This document shows positions 24,799 to 39,037 of a stretch of DNA of 64,000 bases, in pieces (position 1 is the first letter of the stretch; each line of letters begins with the position of its first letter). The notes under the pieces were generated by a model. The model saw only the letters and a list, made by a program, of their open reading frames with translations. It did not search any database and was not told where the DNA came from. Origin of the DNA: Eledone cirrhosa. Taxonomy: Eukaryota. The DNA is taken from the NCBI GenBank assembly GCA_964016885.1, contig OZ024741.1, positions 345,774,001 to 345,838,000 of the forward strand. The letters are read 5' to 3'. The position numbers and the translations under genes are program-made.

Positions 24799-26019
24799 AC
24801 GGGATTCGGCTGAACAGTTCACAGGCTGACCAAGATACTTTCATAGAATATAAACAAATGAGTTTTATTTTTCAACATAGTTCCCCTTGCAGGACACACA
24901 CTTCTCCCAACGGTTTTGCAGTGCTTGGATTCCATTAATGAGGAAGCTTTCATCCTGTTGGTCAAGAAAGTCATCAACAGCAGATATGGCGTCATCACAA
25001 TTGCTATACTGGTTCCCAGCCGAGTGTCTTTTCCTGATGGGGAACAGATGATAGTGAGTAAAATAGGGAAGGTGATCAACCAGTTCAAAGCTACAATCAT
25101 GCACAGCAGCCATTGAAACCAAGGACCTGGATGCTGGAGCATTGTCCTGATAGAACAAGACCTCTTTCGTCAGTTTTCATGGGCGTTTGGTCTTGATAGT
25201 CTTTCGTAAATGCCTCAGCAAACTGGGATTTATGAAATGATGGTGTGACCCTTTTGAAGATAGTCAGCACCTGCAAATGAAACGACCATGACCTTCTTTG
25301 GAGCAGGTAAGGAGGGGTGTTTTCACTGCCTAGATTGACTCTTTGTGTTTGGTTCAAATTGCTGAAGTCAATACTCAGCCTGGGTTATGAAATGCTCAAG
25401 GGAACTAGATGCATCTACCTCAAACAATGCCAAATTCTCCAGTGATGTGATCAGCCTGGTGCGCCTTTGATCAGTTGTCAGATGACGTCCCATTCACTGA
25501 GCAGAAACCTTCGTCATGGCAAGTTCATTGTGCAGAATATTCTCAACTCTCACAGGTTATATGCTAATAGCATTGGCTATTTGATTTATAGTCGTCCATC
25601 ACCATGTGGTGAATACGATCAATATTTTCCTCAGTGGTGGCAGTTGCAGGACGTCCAGACCTTGGGTCAACTTCAAGACTCTCCATTCCTCTCCTAAATT
25701 CAGCTGCTCAATTTTGCACTGTTGATAAAGTAGGAACGCCATGCTCTAAGGTAACAACCATGTCAGCATGAATGCCCTTGGGAGCTAAACCATTTTTCTG
25801 CAGGTACGTGATAACACCACAGCTGCAAATTTTGTCCATTTTCAAGAAAATCTCTACCAGTTACATTTGAAGTCTTCTTTAAACAGTCAGATGTCCGTTT
25901 ACCTGGCGGAAAACAATTCAGTCATTTATAAGAAGACTGGAAGTTAATGCATGCAACATTTCGCAGCTCTAGCATCACTTATTAACAGTCTGGCTGTGAA
26001 ATATTCAGCCCACTCTCGT
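24799..26019 (-). mobile_element. Decayed full-length mariner DNA transposon
   Basis: FYQDNAPAS, FL..GIQALQNRWEKCVSCKGNYVEK; degenerate TIRs ~24799-24831 / ~25988-26019; ~1.2 kb. Confidence 0.8.
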
Positions 26020-26388
26020 AAGCGTTAAAAGCTGCAATTGGTTGTCTTCATTAGTGTTGTCTTCCTTAATTTCTTGTGTGCTGCAGTATATTTATATTCG
26101 TAATATATCCCACTATATACATAACTTTTGAGTGGAAAGGAATGTCGATTATATCGACATATTACTTGATAGATACTCTATTTATCGAACCCCAGAGGGA
26201 TGAAAGGCAAAGCTGACCTCGGCAGGATTTGTACTCAGAACTTAAAGAACTATAACAAATACTACAATATTTCTCCGACTCTCTAACGACTCTGATGAAC
26301 CACCGCCCTCGTAGGACAAAGCCAACAATTTGAAGGGAAAGATAATGTCGATTAAATCGCTTCCAGTGTGTTACTGGTGCTATATATG

Positions 26389-26421
<33 letters not shown>

Positions 26422-26504
26422 CTCAAATCTCAAACGATCGACTTTCGTCAAATCGGACCGAGGGAACAATGTTTCCGTTGGTCTTTCCAATTGCTAATAC
26501 TATC

Positions 26505-26604
26505 TATCGGTCGCAACTCCAGGTAGAAGGAGCAACGTGAAATAAAGTGTCTTGCTCAAGGACATAACGCATCGCCTGGTCCAGGAATCGAACTCACAAC
26601 CTTA

Positions 26605-26608
<4 letters not shown>
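26505..26608 (-). mobile_element. SINE family B fragment
   Basis: gcaacgtgaaataaagtgtcttg...aatcgaac matches 36029-36312. Confidence 0.65.
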
Positions 26609-26675
<67 letters not shown>

Positions 26676-26679
<4 letters not shown>

Positions 26680-26880
26680 AAAAACGACAGACCCCCCATC
26701 TCAACTCTACTTTTGAAAAGCAGAAGAACTGCGAAACCGGTAAAGGAACCAAATAAATATATATATTTAAAAATAAAATAAGACTCCAGTTGCATTTTCG
26801 ATTCCATCTTTTTTTCATTATACTTTCACTCGTGTAGGACACCTTGGATATTTTTCATTTTGTAAAAAAAACCTCACTTA
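26676..26880 (+). mobile_element. Short element with U3-A8 HHR (26710-26745); relatives at 35057-35425 and 49355-49900
   Basis: CUU-UUGAAAA-GCAG(AAGAA)CUGC-GAAA-CCGGUA-AAG, then AATAAA. Confidence 0.7.
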
Positions 26881-26996
<116 letters not shown>

Positions 26997-27437
26997 AAGA
27001 GAGAGAACAGGTGAAGCAGGAAATAGCACGGAAAATATATTTAAATGTTTGTTTTTCTTTTTTTATCCTTTCTTTCATTCGTCAAAGTGACATTATTGAA
27101 AAAATGAGAGGGACAATTCTTTTAAAAAAAGGTTTTATAATGTATATAAAGTATGTTTCTTCTCCCCCCCACCCCCACCCCAGCCCCCCAAAACAACTTT
27201 GTTCTGTGAAGAAACATAGCTGTTGCTATCTTCACTACCACCTCTCTATTAACAACAACTCATTCTCCAGCCAAATTTTGAGCAAGAAAGATGGAAAAAA
27301 ACTTACTCCAACATTTGATTTTAATTTTAAATCTTTAGTTTTTAACTCCAATAAATTCTTTTTAATTTTTTATTTCAATACTCAACATTTGACAAGATAA
27401 ATTTTAATAATACATCGAAAACGGTAATGCTTTATAT

Positions 27438-30000
27438 ATTTTACTCTTTTACTCTTTTACTCTTTTTCCTGTTCCAGCCATCCGGCTGAGGCCATGCTGG
27501 GGCACCGCCCTTGTTGCTACACATTTTATCTCCAGCCTGTATTGGTTGGCCACTGGCGAGAGAGGGAGTTTGTTGCTGCTGCCATTAAGTTTCCCTCGTG
27601 CCTTGTTGTGGGCTCATCCGGGGATCCTGGATAGCAAGGTGTCGAGATGTTTCTTGAAGACATCTACCTCCACACCACGCAAATCTCTCAGATCCCTCGG
27701 CAGTTTGTTGAAGAGTTGAGGGCCCTTGAATCCCAGGCTATTGCAATACCTGCTCCTTATTCTAGATGTGGAAGACACCACACAGTGACCTCCTGTTCGA
27801 TGGTTGGTCCAGCTCCCAATGCCAAAGTTTGGTGCTAGTCCCTCCAGGATCTTCCACATGTAGATCACTGCGTATCTCTCCCGTCTTCGTTCCAAGGAGT
27901 AGAGGTTTAGTTCTTTTAGCCTCTCCCAGTAGCTTGTCTCCTTCATCGTGGCAATCCTCTTGGTGTAGCTTCGCTGGATTGCCTCAAGCTCCGTGGTTAG
28001 TTTGACACTATGGGGTGACCAGAACTGGGAGCAATAGTCCAGGCAGCTTAGGACAAATGTCCTCCATAGTGTCAACATGGTGTCTCGGTCTCTTGTCCGG
28101 AAAGTCCTCAAGATCCAGCCAGCGAGTCGTCTGCACATTGTCGCAACTTTCATGATGTCTGAGGAAAAAGATGCATCATCGCTCATGTCTATTCCCAGGT
28201 CTCGTATCGATGTTGACACGGGGATATCGGTCCCTCCTGGTCCTGCGTAACTGTTTTGTACTGTATTTGTGTTTTCAGGTTTGTATTGTTGGGCTTGGAA
28301 TTTTCCAGCATTAAACTGCAAGCTGTTTTCTTCCGCCCATTTGTATATGGCATCCAGATCTTGTTGTAAAAGGGCAGCGTCAGCCGGGTTTTTGATTGCC
28401 TGTGCTACCTTAGTGTCATCAGCATAGCTAGTGAGGGATGTTGCTGTATGTACTACAGAGGGCATGTCTGAGAGAGCCACCAAAAACAGTAGTGGTCCCA
28501 GGACTGTCCCTTGGGGAACCCCACTTGTTATTGATGTTTCCTTTGAGAGGGTCCTGTTTGCTGCGACTGTCTGGCTTCTGTCCTTTAAGAAGTTATGCAG
28601 CCACTCACCTACTTTTCCAGTTATGCTGAGTCCGTGTAGTTTGTGACATATTCCGTGGTCGACCTTGTCAAAGGCCTTCGCGAACTCAAAGTATATCACG
28701 TCCACATGTGAGCTGTCTAGCAGTTGTTTCAGTACCCAGTCGTAGTGATGTAGCAGCTGTGTAAGGCAGCTTCTACCTGGGCGGAAGCCATGCTGCGTGC
28801 TAGTCAGGCGGTCATTTTCCTCGAGGAAAGTGATCAGTTTCTTTCTGACCACTCGCTCCATGACCTTACTGATATGCGACGTCAGGGAGACTGGCCTATA
28901 GTCTTTGGTCTCCGCTCTGCTACCTCCTTTATGGATAGGGCATATTGTGCCTTCTTTCAGCTCCCTGGGTAGTATACCGTTAGCCAAGGAGCTTCTGAAG
29001 AGTGTCTTCAGTGGAGTTGCTAAGGCCCGCTTACATGTTTTTAAGAGGACTGCTGGGAATCCATCAGGTCCAGTAGCTGAGTCTGTTCTAATTTCATCTA
29101 TGGCGATTACCACATCCTCCTCCGTTATGTCTATGTGGTTGATGGTCGCCATTTCTTCATGTAGTGTTGTGGCATCAAAGAACTCCTCTGGCTTTGTTAT
29201 TTGCATGTGCCTCAGTGGACATGTGAACACACTTTTGTACTGTTCGTTCAGTATTTCACATATCTCTTGGGGATTCTCGGTTAATGAACCGCCTGTATGG
29301 AAGAGTGGCCCAATCCTGCAGTGTACCGAGGCAGTTTCTTTTGAAAATGTAAAGAAGGCCTTAGGGTTTGTTTTAATATTTTCTATGGCTCTGTTTTCTT
29401 TCTTTGCCCTCTCATTTTCATGAGAAAGATTGAGTGCAATCTCAGTGTCAAGTAGTGCACGTTTCAAATAAGATTCCTTCTTGTTTTTGTTTTCTTGTTG
29501 TGTATTCAACTGGTTTGAGAGCTTGGTTCTACGTCTCATAAGGATTTTCCTATCTCTGGAAATAAGATTTTTGTGTCTGTTTTCCATTTTTTCTGGGTCA
29601 AACCTTTTGCATATAGTGTGTATCGTAGTCATGAAGTGTTGAAATTATATGTTGGTGTCTTGTGTGGCGGTGTTTTCGCTCCATATTTGCTTTCGGATTT
29701 CTCTCTTAATGTTTTTCCAGTTAGCCTTGTAGAAGTTAAGGCTGGATAACGTCCCGGTGCTTTTTGATGGTTGTGTCTCTGTTGGTTCTCTCAGACCACA
29801 TATCATTAGTTCTACTAAGTTATGGTCCGAGAAAATTGTTGGTGTCACCTTTATATTGTGGATGAGCACTTCGTTGTTTGTAACATAGAGGTCCATGACA
29901 TTTTCGCCTCTTGTTGAGAGGAGTACTGCTTGTTCCATGAACAGCCTGTGTGTGAGGGCCAGCAGGGATTCCGTCTGTCTCTGTTCTATTGACGTCATTC
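27438..30000 (-). mobile_element. 5'-truncated LINE (CR1/L2 group) with short-repeat 3' tail
   Basis: APE endonuclease C-terminus (TRGENVMDL..SDHNLV) at 29645-29998, RT ORF, tail of ~(AAGAGTAA)n at 27438-27465. Confidence 0.85.
27614..29632 (-). CDS. LINE ORF2 reverse transcriptase portion (672 aa open, probably non-functional)
   Basis: GPDG, DYRPVSLTS, QHGFRPGRSC, AKAFDKVDH, SGVPQGTVLGPLLF, YADD, LYSLERRRERY. Confidence 0.8.
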   Translation of the reverse strand: MTTIHTICKRFDPEKMENRHKNLISRDRKILMRRRTKLSNQLNTQQENKNKKESYLKRALLDTEIALNLSHENERAKKENRAIENIKTNPKAFFTFSKETASVHCRIGPLFHTGGSLTENPQEICEILNEQYKSVFTCPLRHMQITKPEEFFDATTLHEEMATINHIDITEEDVVIAIDEIRTDSATGPDGFPAVLLKTCKRALATPLKTLFRSSLANGILPRELKEGTICPIHKGGSRAETKDYRPVSLTSHISKVMERVVRKKLITFLEENDRLTSTQHGFRPGRSCLTQLLHHYDWVLKQLLDSSHVDVIYFEFAKAFDKVDHGICHKLHGLSITGKVGEWLHNFLKDRSQTVAANRTLSKETSITSGVPQGTVLGPLLFLVALSDMPSVVHTATSLTSYADDTKVAQAIKNPADAALLQQDLDAIYKWAEENSLQFNAGKFQAQQYKPENTNTVQNSYAGPGGTDIPVSTSIRDLGIDMSDDASFSSDIMKVATMCRRLAGWILRTFRTRDRDTMLTLWRTFVLSCLDYCSQFWSPHSVKLTTELEAIQRSYTKRIATMKETSYWERLKELNLYSLERRRERYAVIYMWKILEGLAPNFGIGSWTNHRTGGHCVVSSTSRIRSRYCNSLGFKGPQLFNKLPRDLRDLRGVEVDVFKKHLDTLLSRIPG

Positions 30001-30338
30001 TATTCTTCTAAAGACAGCAGCAGTAGAACTAAGGCTGACCTGCCAGCTGACACCCTAACACCAATAAACACAAGGGAGGAGGTCAGCTGTACTTAACAAA
30101 AACAACCACAGCAGATTGTCTTGCCTCAGAAAAAAATTCTATAGACTTTTGACTGAGGAATGTTCTCACAACAGACCAATGGGAGGAGAGAGTGTCCTAT
30201 GATGCCGAAATTCGTTTGTTCGAATTCATATGATTCCAGTTCCTCAGAGAAATAACAACCCAACCAGGAGATATCGGAGTATTGACGGAGTAAAACACTT
30301 TAACAACATGTGTACCTGTCTCTACCACACCAATTCGG

Positions 30339-30393
30339 ACTGCCTGAAGAGGTCACAGCCAATGATAACTGTCACCGAAATATATATAGCAGT
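30339..30393 (+). ncRNA. HHR in a short element (~30000-30545); decayed relative at 45028-45080 minus
   Basis: ACUGC-CUGAAGA-GGUCACAG...CUGUCACC-GAAA-UAUAUAUA-GCAGU, then AATAAA. Confidence 0.75.
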
Positions 30394-30542
30394 ACATCTT
30401 TAATAAACGAAGCCAAATTTTAAATATTTAAACTTAATTACTTTATTTTACATTACTCTGGAGTAACAAACCCAACCTGCGTACTTCGTCGAGTGCTCCA
30501 ATCTGCATACTGATGTGTCGGTAAACAACCAACATATACTCA

Positions 30543-30623
<81 letters not shown>

Positions 30624-31075
30624 GTATGTATGTATGTATAACTATATAACATAGATGTCACATATTCATATAAGTTTAAATTTCTATCTAAATGGGGAAA
30701 GTTTCTTAAATCATGCTCACAATTTCTTTTTCCGAGAAGCCATTTTCCAGGTAGAAAACTATCACAAATATTTGATTTCTTTTTGATCGAAGTAAACAAA
30801 ACATATGATTAATGCTTCATCGATATAACGAAGTCATTATGCTCGTGATAATAGAAAGAAAGCGCTGATTAAACAGCAGAAACTCAATAGAAAATGTTTA
30901 TAATACGTCATAATTTCATGAGTTTAAAAAGTCTTCTAAAAGAATTTCATTGAACTAACTGTCAGATTTGACAGTTGAAGGAAATATATTATGGAAAGAA
31001 AACAACAAAGTGAACGACAAAGAAAATACACAAGCAAAAACAGTATTTTAAAACCCCAAACATGTACCTTGCTGC

Positions 31076-31136
31076 TGTATAGAATATTTGAGATCGTTAT
31101 AGTGTAAATTTGAATAATGAAGTTTTAATTCATATA

Positions 31137-31189
<53 letters not shown>

Positions 31190-31199
31190 GCACACACGC

Positions 31200-31263
<64 letters not shown>

Positions 31264-31345
31264 ATATATATACATATATATATCTGTGTGTGTACGAAAA
31301 TAAAAAAATATAACATGCATATATATATATATACACACACACCCT

Positions 31346-31393
<48 letters not shown>

Positions 31394-31396
31394 AGG

Positions 31397-31430
<34 letters not shown>

Positions 31431-31492
31431 ATATATATGAATTAAAACTTCATTATTCAAATTTACACTATTACGATCTCAAAATTCTATAC
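31076..31492. repeat. Nested inverted repeats around (TA)n
   Basis: ~31076-31140 reverse-complements ~31425-31492; acacaccctcgc(at)n gcgagggtgtgt inside. Confidence 0.75.
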
Positions 31493-31540
<48 letters not shown>

Positions 31541-31783
31541 GTATGTATACATATGGGCAAATTTATGTTTGTATATATGCATATTTAATTTATGTTTTAT
31601 CGATGGTGCAGATATATAGTTATGTTCACACATAGGTATGTAAATATAACACTCCCACACACATACAAGCACACGCACACACACACATATACATATATAC
31701 ATATGTTTTTTATATATACATATACACACACATATATATATATATATAAATATACATATATATATATATAGACACACACGTAT

Positions 31784-31814
<31 letters not shown>

Positions 31815-32214
31815 CAAACACACATATATGTGTGTGTGCATGCATGTGTGTCTGTTTGTGTGCGTTTGTTTCTGCGTGTGTACTTGCATATCTGTGTTTT
31901 TGCTTTTGTATTGCTGTGTATTTATGTAGCTGAACGTTAATTTAGAATGAAAAGATAAGCTATTCAGGAATTGAGGTGATAAAAGGCATGCAAAAATAAA
32001 ACAAAACAAATAAGGGGGAGAAAAGTTAACGTTTAACACTAACGATGTAATAATATTAATATTTTTAGTAATGAACTGGGTAATTGCTGGCCTTGTGCCT
32101 AAAGTAGAAACAAATATTAATATTTTTAGTAACCAATAAAATATGATATATATTTCGAAAGGTGATGTAAGAATGAATTTCTGAGAGGAAAGGCGGCAAA
32201 ATCGTGTTGAGCAA

Positions 32215-33150
<936 letters not shown>

Positions 33151-33949
33151 TGTGTGTAACAAACCAACAAACGAACATTTCTGTGAAACGACACAAATTG
33201 ATGACGGAATCGAATAATATACAATGATCTCCTTCCTCAATACAACCCACTCCCTATACAAATATTACAACAAACAAACAAATAAACAACTTCAGAAGAA
33301 ATCTAAACAAAATACTGAATGAAAAGAAAAACATCATAAATAATCTGTTATGTAAAATATCAGGTAAAAATGAATTATGACTCTAATAAATGAAACTGTA
33401 GATTAAGGAAAATATAAGTAAAATAAAAGAACGAAATTCAACATGAAAAGAGAAATACAAGATAAAAGAAATGTTATACAAAAATATAATATTGAAATTA
33501 TATGTAAAAATCTATTCATTATCTGTTTTGATTAAAGGGGTTAGTGGAGTGGTTGCTGGCTTTGAATAATAAAGTTCGGAATTTCGAATACGTTCTGATG
33601 CCATGAGGTGATGTAAGTGTAATCGTTTTTGATGAAATCCTTTCTTTCCAGATACATGTATATTAATATTCAAAGTAGTAGTGAACACTTCAACCCAAAG
33701 AAAGGATTTACACGTAATGCCAGTGAACTTGTCTTTCCAAGACATAACACAGTTATACAATTTTCCATATTTCACAAAATGAAGTTTTGTGACGCATACA
33801 TCTAGTTATCTTAGACCTTAGTTTATATTTTCCGTCCTTTAAGGTAGATATGCATCTTTATGTATATGCACCAAAACATTTCCACTCCAAGACAGGCGAT
33901 TAAACAGTTTTTTTAAATTTTATAAAATACCTGTAATTACGAAATGCTT

Positions 33950-34150
33950 CCACCTCTCCGACAGGTTTACGGTCGTGCCCCTAACAGTGAAGACTTCTGG
34001 TGCTCTTAGGGTTACCTCCCTACTTACCACCATAGGCGGTGAGATGCCTAGCCGCAGGTGTGAGCCTCACGAGATGGAATGGCTCTTCCAGGGCATCTCC
34101 CTTACCATCCTTCAGGGAAACGTCTTCTACATTCTGTCCGCCGGGGCCGT
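33950..34150 (+). pseudogene. Second CRE-like endonuclease 3' fragment
   Basis: VVPLTVKTSGAL...EMEWLFQGISLTILQGNVFYILSAG, homologous to ~3075-3272. Confidence 0.7.
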
Positions 34151-34778
34151 GGGGCGGCCAGCACGTGGGACCCCATTTGTTCACAATACAGAGAGATGGG
34201 AAAGGTGAGAGAGATTGAGGCGATGACAGCGGGAGTTCGGACAATTTTATCAATTCTATGTTGCTGTTGATACTTAAACATCCGACCATTATTCCTTCAT
34301 TAATACATTAATATTGTCTTAATCATGAATGGCTGTAAAATGATGGAATATCTAGCCTTTCACATCATTGATGTTGTTTGAAGATTTGATATAGCTTTAT
34401 AGCTTTGTACCTGAGTCGATGCAGCTGAGCCCACGATCCAAAGAGTTGCTAAAAATATCGACTAATTTTATATCAAGGCGCTCTAGTTATTCAACCTAAA
34501 CAGTTACTTTATTTCATAGTTTCCCCAAAAGAGAAATGGCAAAGTTGACTTCCGTTAGATTATTTTAACCCAGAAGAAGACGGATCGGAATAAATGCCTA
34601 AATCCTTTTGTCGACTCTAAATTTTCTATCAATTCAACCCCTATAGTCAATATAAAGTTTTTTATTTTTCATCATTGCATAAAATTAGCAACGGGTACCA
34701 GTCAACTTTAGTATTTGTCGCCCCAAAATGTCCTTCGGAATACACCGTGCCATCTTCAAAAGCCAAAGACATATTGAA

Positions 34779-34813
<35 letters not shown>

Positions 34814-34997
34814 TATGTATACGTACATACATATATGTATACAGACGTACAGTAGTATGTATATATACATACATGCACACATATATACATGTACGTATGG
34901 ATTCACCGAACATTTATTATAATGCCCGGTGTGTTTGTAAACATTTAAGTAACAGCCGTACTAAGAGTGGTAAATGAAATTTCGATTCATTTTTTCC

Positions 34998-35061
<64 letters not shown>

Positions 35062-35469
35062 AAATGAGGTTTTTTGATGAAAAAAAAAACGAGATGTCCT
35101 ACACGAGTGAAAGTATAAGGAAAAGAAATCGAAAATGCGACTGCAGTCTTTTTAAAAATGTCATCAACCAACTAAATTATTTAAAAAACCCCCACTAATT
35201 CGAGCCACTCTTTCCACATAAAACAGAAATAACTTTCGAATACCAACCAGATGCGAGAAAAACCACAAACCCTCTATCTCATTCTACTTTTGAAAAGCGT
35301 AAGAACTGTGAAACCGGTAAAGAAAACAAATAAATATTCTTAAAAAGACTCCAGTTGCATTTTCGATTTCTTTTCCTTATACTTTCACTCGTGTAGGACA
35401 TTTCGTTTATTTCATTAAAAAACCCCCGCAGCACCAGCAGCAACATTATCCCCAGCTTCGGTTGAGTAA

Positions 35470-35548
35470 TAGTAGTAGTAGCAGTAGTAGTAGTACTAGT
35501 AGTAGCAGCAGCAGCAGCAACAACAGTAGTAGCAGTAGCAGCAGCAGC

Positions 35549-35583
<35 letters not shown>

Positions 35584-35600
35584 CAGTAGTAGTAGTAGTT
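35470..35600. repeat. (AGT/AGC)n trinucleotide microsatellite
   Basis: Direct reading. Confidence 0.9.
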
Positions 35601-36028
35601 AAATCTGGGACAAGCCAGATTTAAAAGACTATCAATACAAATAAATAAGAGATATAAAACAACAAATATAATGATAGTAGAAATCTAAATGTAAAAATAT
35701 AATATAAAATGTAATTGTCGTGTCTCGTTATTTCTGTACGTACACTGAATGAAATTACAGCATGTATTTATGAATGTCACGAAATCGAAGGCAGCTATTG
35801 ATCTGAATATAAACGTACTTTGAATAGCAAGTTCGATCTCTCTCTATAACTGAAGATATTTACTTTGTCATAAGTTCTTCCTTTTTTTCCATCCTTTAGA
35901 TAAATTTGCTTCATTGACTTTCATCTTTGCTTATTCGATTTAAATAGCTTTGATTAAATCTAATAGATGGTGAAGATGGCTGTACAAAAATTGATTGCGT
36001 CGAATTGGATATTTAGACTATCTAATAT

Positions 36029-36312
36029 TGGAGGCGTGGCCTAGTGGTAAGTGTGTTGGACTTACGATCATAATGTCGTGGGTTCGATTAATGGGCTTGG
36101 TTGCCTGTTGTAATCTTGAACAAAACACTTTATTTCACGTTGCTTTGGTATACTCAGCTGAAAATGAATACCAGCAATAGCTGGGGGTTTAACCTTGCGA
36201 TGGACTGGCGTCCTGTCTAGGGGGAAGTCTTGAACTCTCAGTCGATTCATGTCATGAAACCGGGATAAACACCGACCTAAGAGCCTTCTGGCTTAAGACA
36301 GACTTTAGACTT
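36029..36312 (+). mobile_element. tRNA-derived SINE, family B
   Basis: A-box TGGCCTAGTGG, B-box GGTTCGATT, internal GCGATGGACTGGCGTCCTGTCTAGGG, (GACTTTA)n tail. Confidence 0.75.
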
Positions 36313-36831
36313 TAGAATAATGGCAGAAATTATAGTTCGCATTGCACCTGGAGATTTTGAATGGCCGAGCAGCTAAAATATATTGCGAACAGCCAACTTG
36401 GCAAAAGTTAAAGTTCTCTCGTCACCACAGCCCTGTGACTGTGTACAAGGCAGATGTGAAAAGGCTCTGTAAACTTGCCTACTATGTCACGTTAAAAGAA
36501 CATCTCATAACTGTATGAAGAGACATCATTGAAATATGTATAGATACATATTCATGGTCTCTATATTTCTATCGGAAATTCGTATATAAAAACAGAATGT
36601 GTACAAGATGGCTGACTGAGTGCACACGTGCTTTTTCTAAAAAGGAATGTTTCCATTTCTCCCCTTCTCCCTCTTTATATATCTATTTCATCTTTTATTC
36701 CTCATTCTATATTCTGATGAAAGTCTAGTATCAGAAACGGAAAGACTCTTTTCCTACTATATCAAATGTTAAATTAATATATTTCTTCATTGTGCTGTTG
36801 TTTGCATACATACATATATACATACATACAT

Positions 36832-37280
36832 TTTCAGCTTCATACTCATCATTATTGGAGCTACATTGGCAGTATCGGTAGAGGGTTGGATTATGCTTTC
36901 CAGCATAGTTACGTCCCTTTACGATCTGAGTTCAATTCCCGCCGAGGTTAACTTTGCCTTTCATCCTTACGGGGTCGATAAAATAAAGCACCAGTAATGT
37001 ACTGGGATAATTGCTGGCCTTGTGCCAAAAAGTAGAAACAATTATTGGAGCTACAGGTTATATACCAGCCCGCTTGGACCAGAGTATAACTGTACTTGGA
37101 TTTGTGGACAAAGAGCGCAAGTACCTAATTCATAAAATACAAATGGCTGCAATAGCTGGCACCTTCAAAATTTGCAAAACATTCTTGCGATTGAAGGGAT
37201 GACAATTTCTTTTCTTTTACAACCTTGCCACAAAGAAGGTGGCCGGTCAAAAATGTATTCGAAATTAATAGAAAGAGAGA
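36832..37280 (+). pseudogene. 3' end of RLE-type (R4/Dong-like) non-LTR element, interrupted by a SINE
   Basis: FILIIIGAT|GYIPARLDQSITVLG......LIHKIQMAAIAGTFKICKTFL; flanked by (CATA)n. Confidence 0.55.
36866..37040 (+). mobile_element. SINE family A with 15-bp target-site duplication
   Basis: attattggagctaca at 36851-36865 and 37041-37055. Confidence 0.9.
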
Positions 37281-37432
37281 CATACATGCACAATTATAAT
37301 AATCAAGTTCAAGTTATATATTATTGTGTTGTCATATAAATAAATATTTTATTAACATAACAAAAATATTTCTTCATGAAAGTGCTTCGCAAAGTATTAA
37401 ACGAAATAGAGAACATTTGAATTTCAGTGTAA

Positions 37433-38454
37433 TCTATATATATAAAACTGTGGTTGTCTGTCTGTCTATCGATTTTTGGCACACATCTCCTCTTAGAATC
37501 TCTCACGGAATTGCACCGAAATTGCTGTACTTGTACATTGAGCCCTAGCGAAGACATCGGAAAAAAAAATTTCAAATTGACCCACCCTATGTGACGAAAT
37601 CGAATATAATGTATCGATTTTTGAGCGTAAGTGATCAGTTATTTCCCTTTGTTCTGTTTACATTGAGCGTCTTACGTAAAAAATTACGCTGGCTTTCTCA
37701 GTCTTTGTTAATAAATAACCAGTGCAGTTTTTATCCCCAGCATCCTCTTTTGTTATAACATTCGGGTTATCGTTATGTTTTCTTAACTTCATAAGGCATA
37801 TTGTTGGTTGAGGGAATATTAATCAAAAACACCACATGCAAGTCTGCACAGTAGACACTACAGTTTTTAAGCCAAAAAAGAAACTTAACATTGTAACTTT
37901 AACACAGCTACTGAGCGACCCCGTTTTGCTTCATTTCCATTTAAAAGCATTTTAAAACAATATTTTTACTTGAAAACAAGTCTATTTAAAGACTACGTAA
38001 AACAAGCAAATATTTCGTCGTTAGGCGTGCAGACAGACAGTCGTGCAGACAGATGATATAGGCGTGCAGACAGACAGTCGTGCAGAGAGGTGATATAGGC
38101 GTGCAGACAGACAGTCGTGCAGAGAGGTGATATAGGCGTGCAGACAGACATAACTGATAATTTGGTTACGCTAATGTTTTTCTCTGCGTTGCAGTGTTTA
38201 CATTTTCGATCTTTGTTAATAAATAACCAGTGCAGTTTCTATCCCCAGCATCCTCTTTTGTTATAACATTCGGGTTATCGTTATGTTTTCTTAACTTCAT
38301 AAGGCATATTGTTGTTTGAGGGAATATTAATCAAAAACACCACATGCAAGTCTGCACAGTAGACACTACAGTTTTTAAGCCAAAAAAGAAACTTAACATT
38401 GTAACTTTAACACAGCTACTGAGCGACCCCGAGCAACGCCGGGCTTTACTGCTA
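37433..38454 (+). mobile_element. Non-autonomous Helitron with internal duplication and 38-bp minisatellite
   Basis: A|TCTATATATATAAAA..GTCTGTCTGTC start; CCCGAGCAACGCCGGG-CTTTACTG-CTAG|T end; ~37703-37921 duplicated at ~38210-38430. Confidence 0.8.
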
Positions 38455-39037
38455 GTAATATATAAATGTATATACGTAACTGAAATGGAAAGACGTTTTT
38501 AAAATAAATTAAGTTATTTACATATATATTTCCCTGGTTATGTATCAATGATATTGGCGAATATATACGTATGTAATTATATGCATACATCTTATCTTCC
38601 TCAACAGATCATAAAGTAAACAGTATGATCCTATGTTGCCACAAGTTTTAAAACTGCTGGATTCCATTGTGTCCAGCCGATAACAAAATATTCCTATATC
38701 ACTGAACAAGATCTATTATGGAAAACGGCTAATATATGAAAATGCGCTACAACGAAAGGATTGACAAAAACAGTCCTATAATCTCACTATATGACACCTT
38801 CAGAATGAAGAGATGAGACTACCCACAACAGATCACGTAACATTAACAATTCTAAGTGGAAATAAACAGCATAGAAACATTTGAAATATGCTGAAACGCT
38901 TTCGAAATTAAACTTAAATATTACAGCTAGGCGAAATTAAACTTAAATATTACAGCTAGGCAAAATTAGACAAAAAATATATTAGATATATGCAATAAAA
39001 CTAAAATAGATACCTATAATAACATCGAGAGAGAACT

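Noticed and set aside
28905-29423. Plus-strand ORFs overlapping the LINE and mariner, and the minus ORF 2825-3325
   Set aside because: Antisense shadows of transposon coding sequence.
33512-33775. Possible host exons (also 54246-54443, 60280-60468, 61705-61932)
   Set aside because: No recognisable domain or consistent splice structure; cannot be excluded without RNA-seq.
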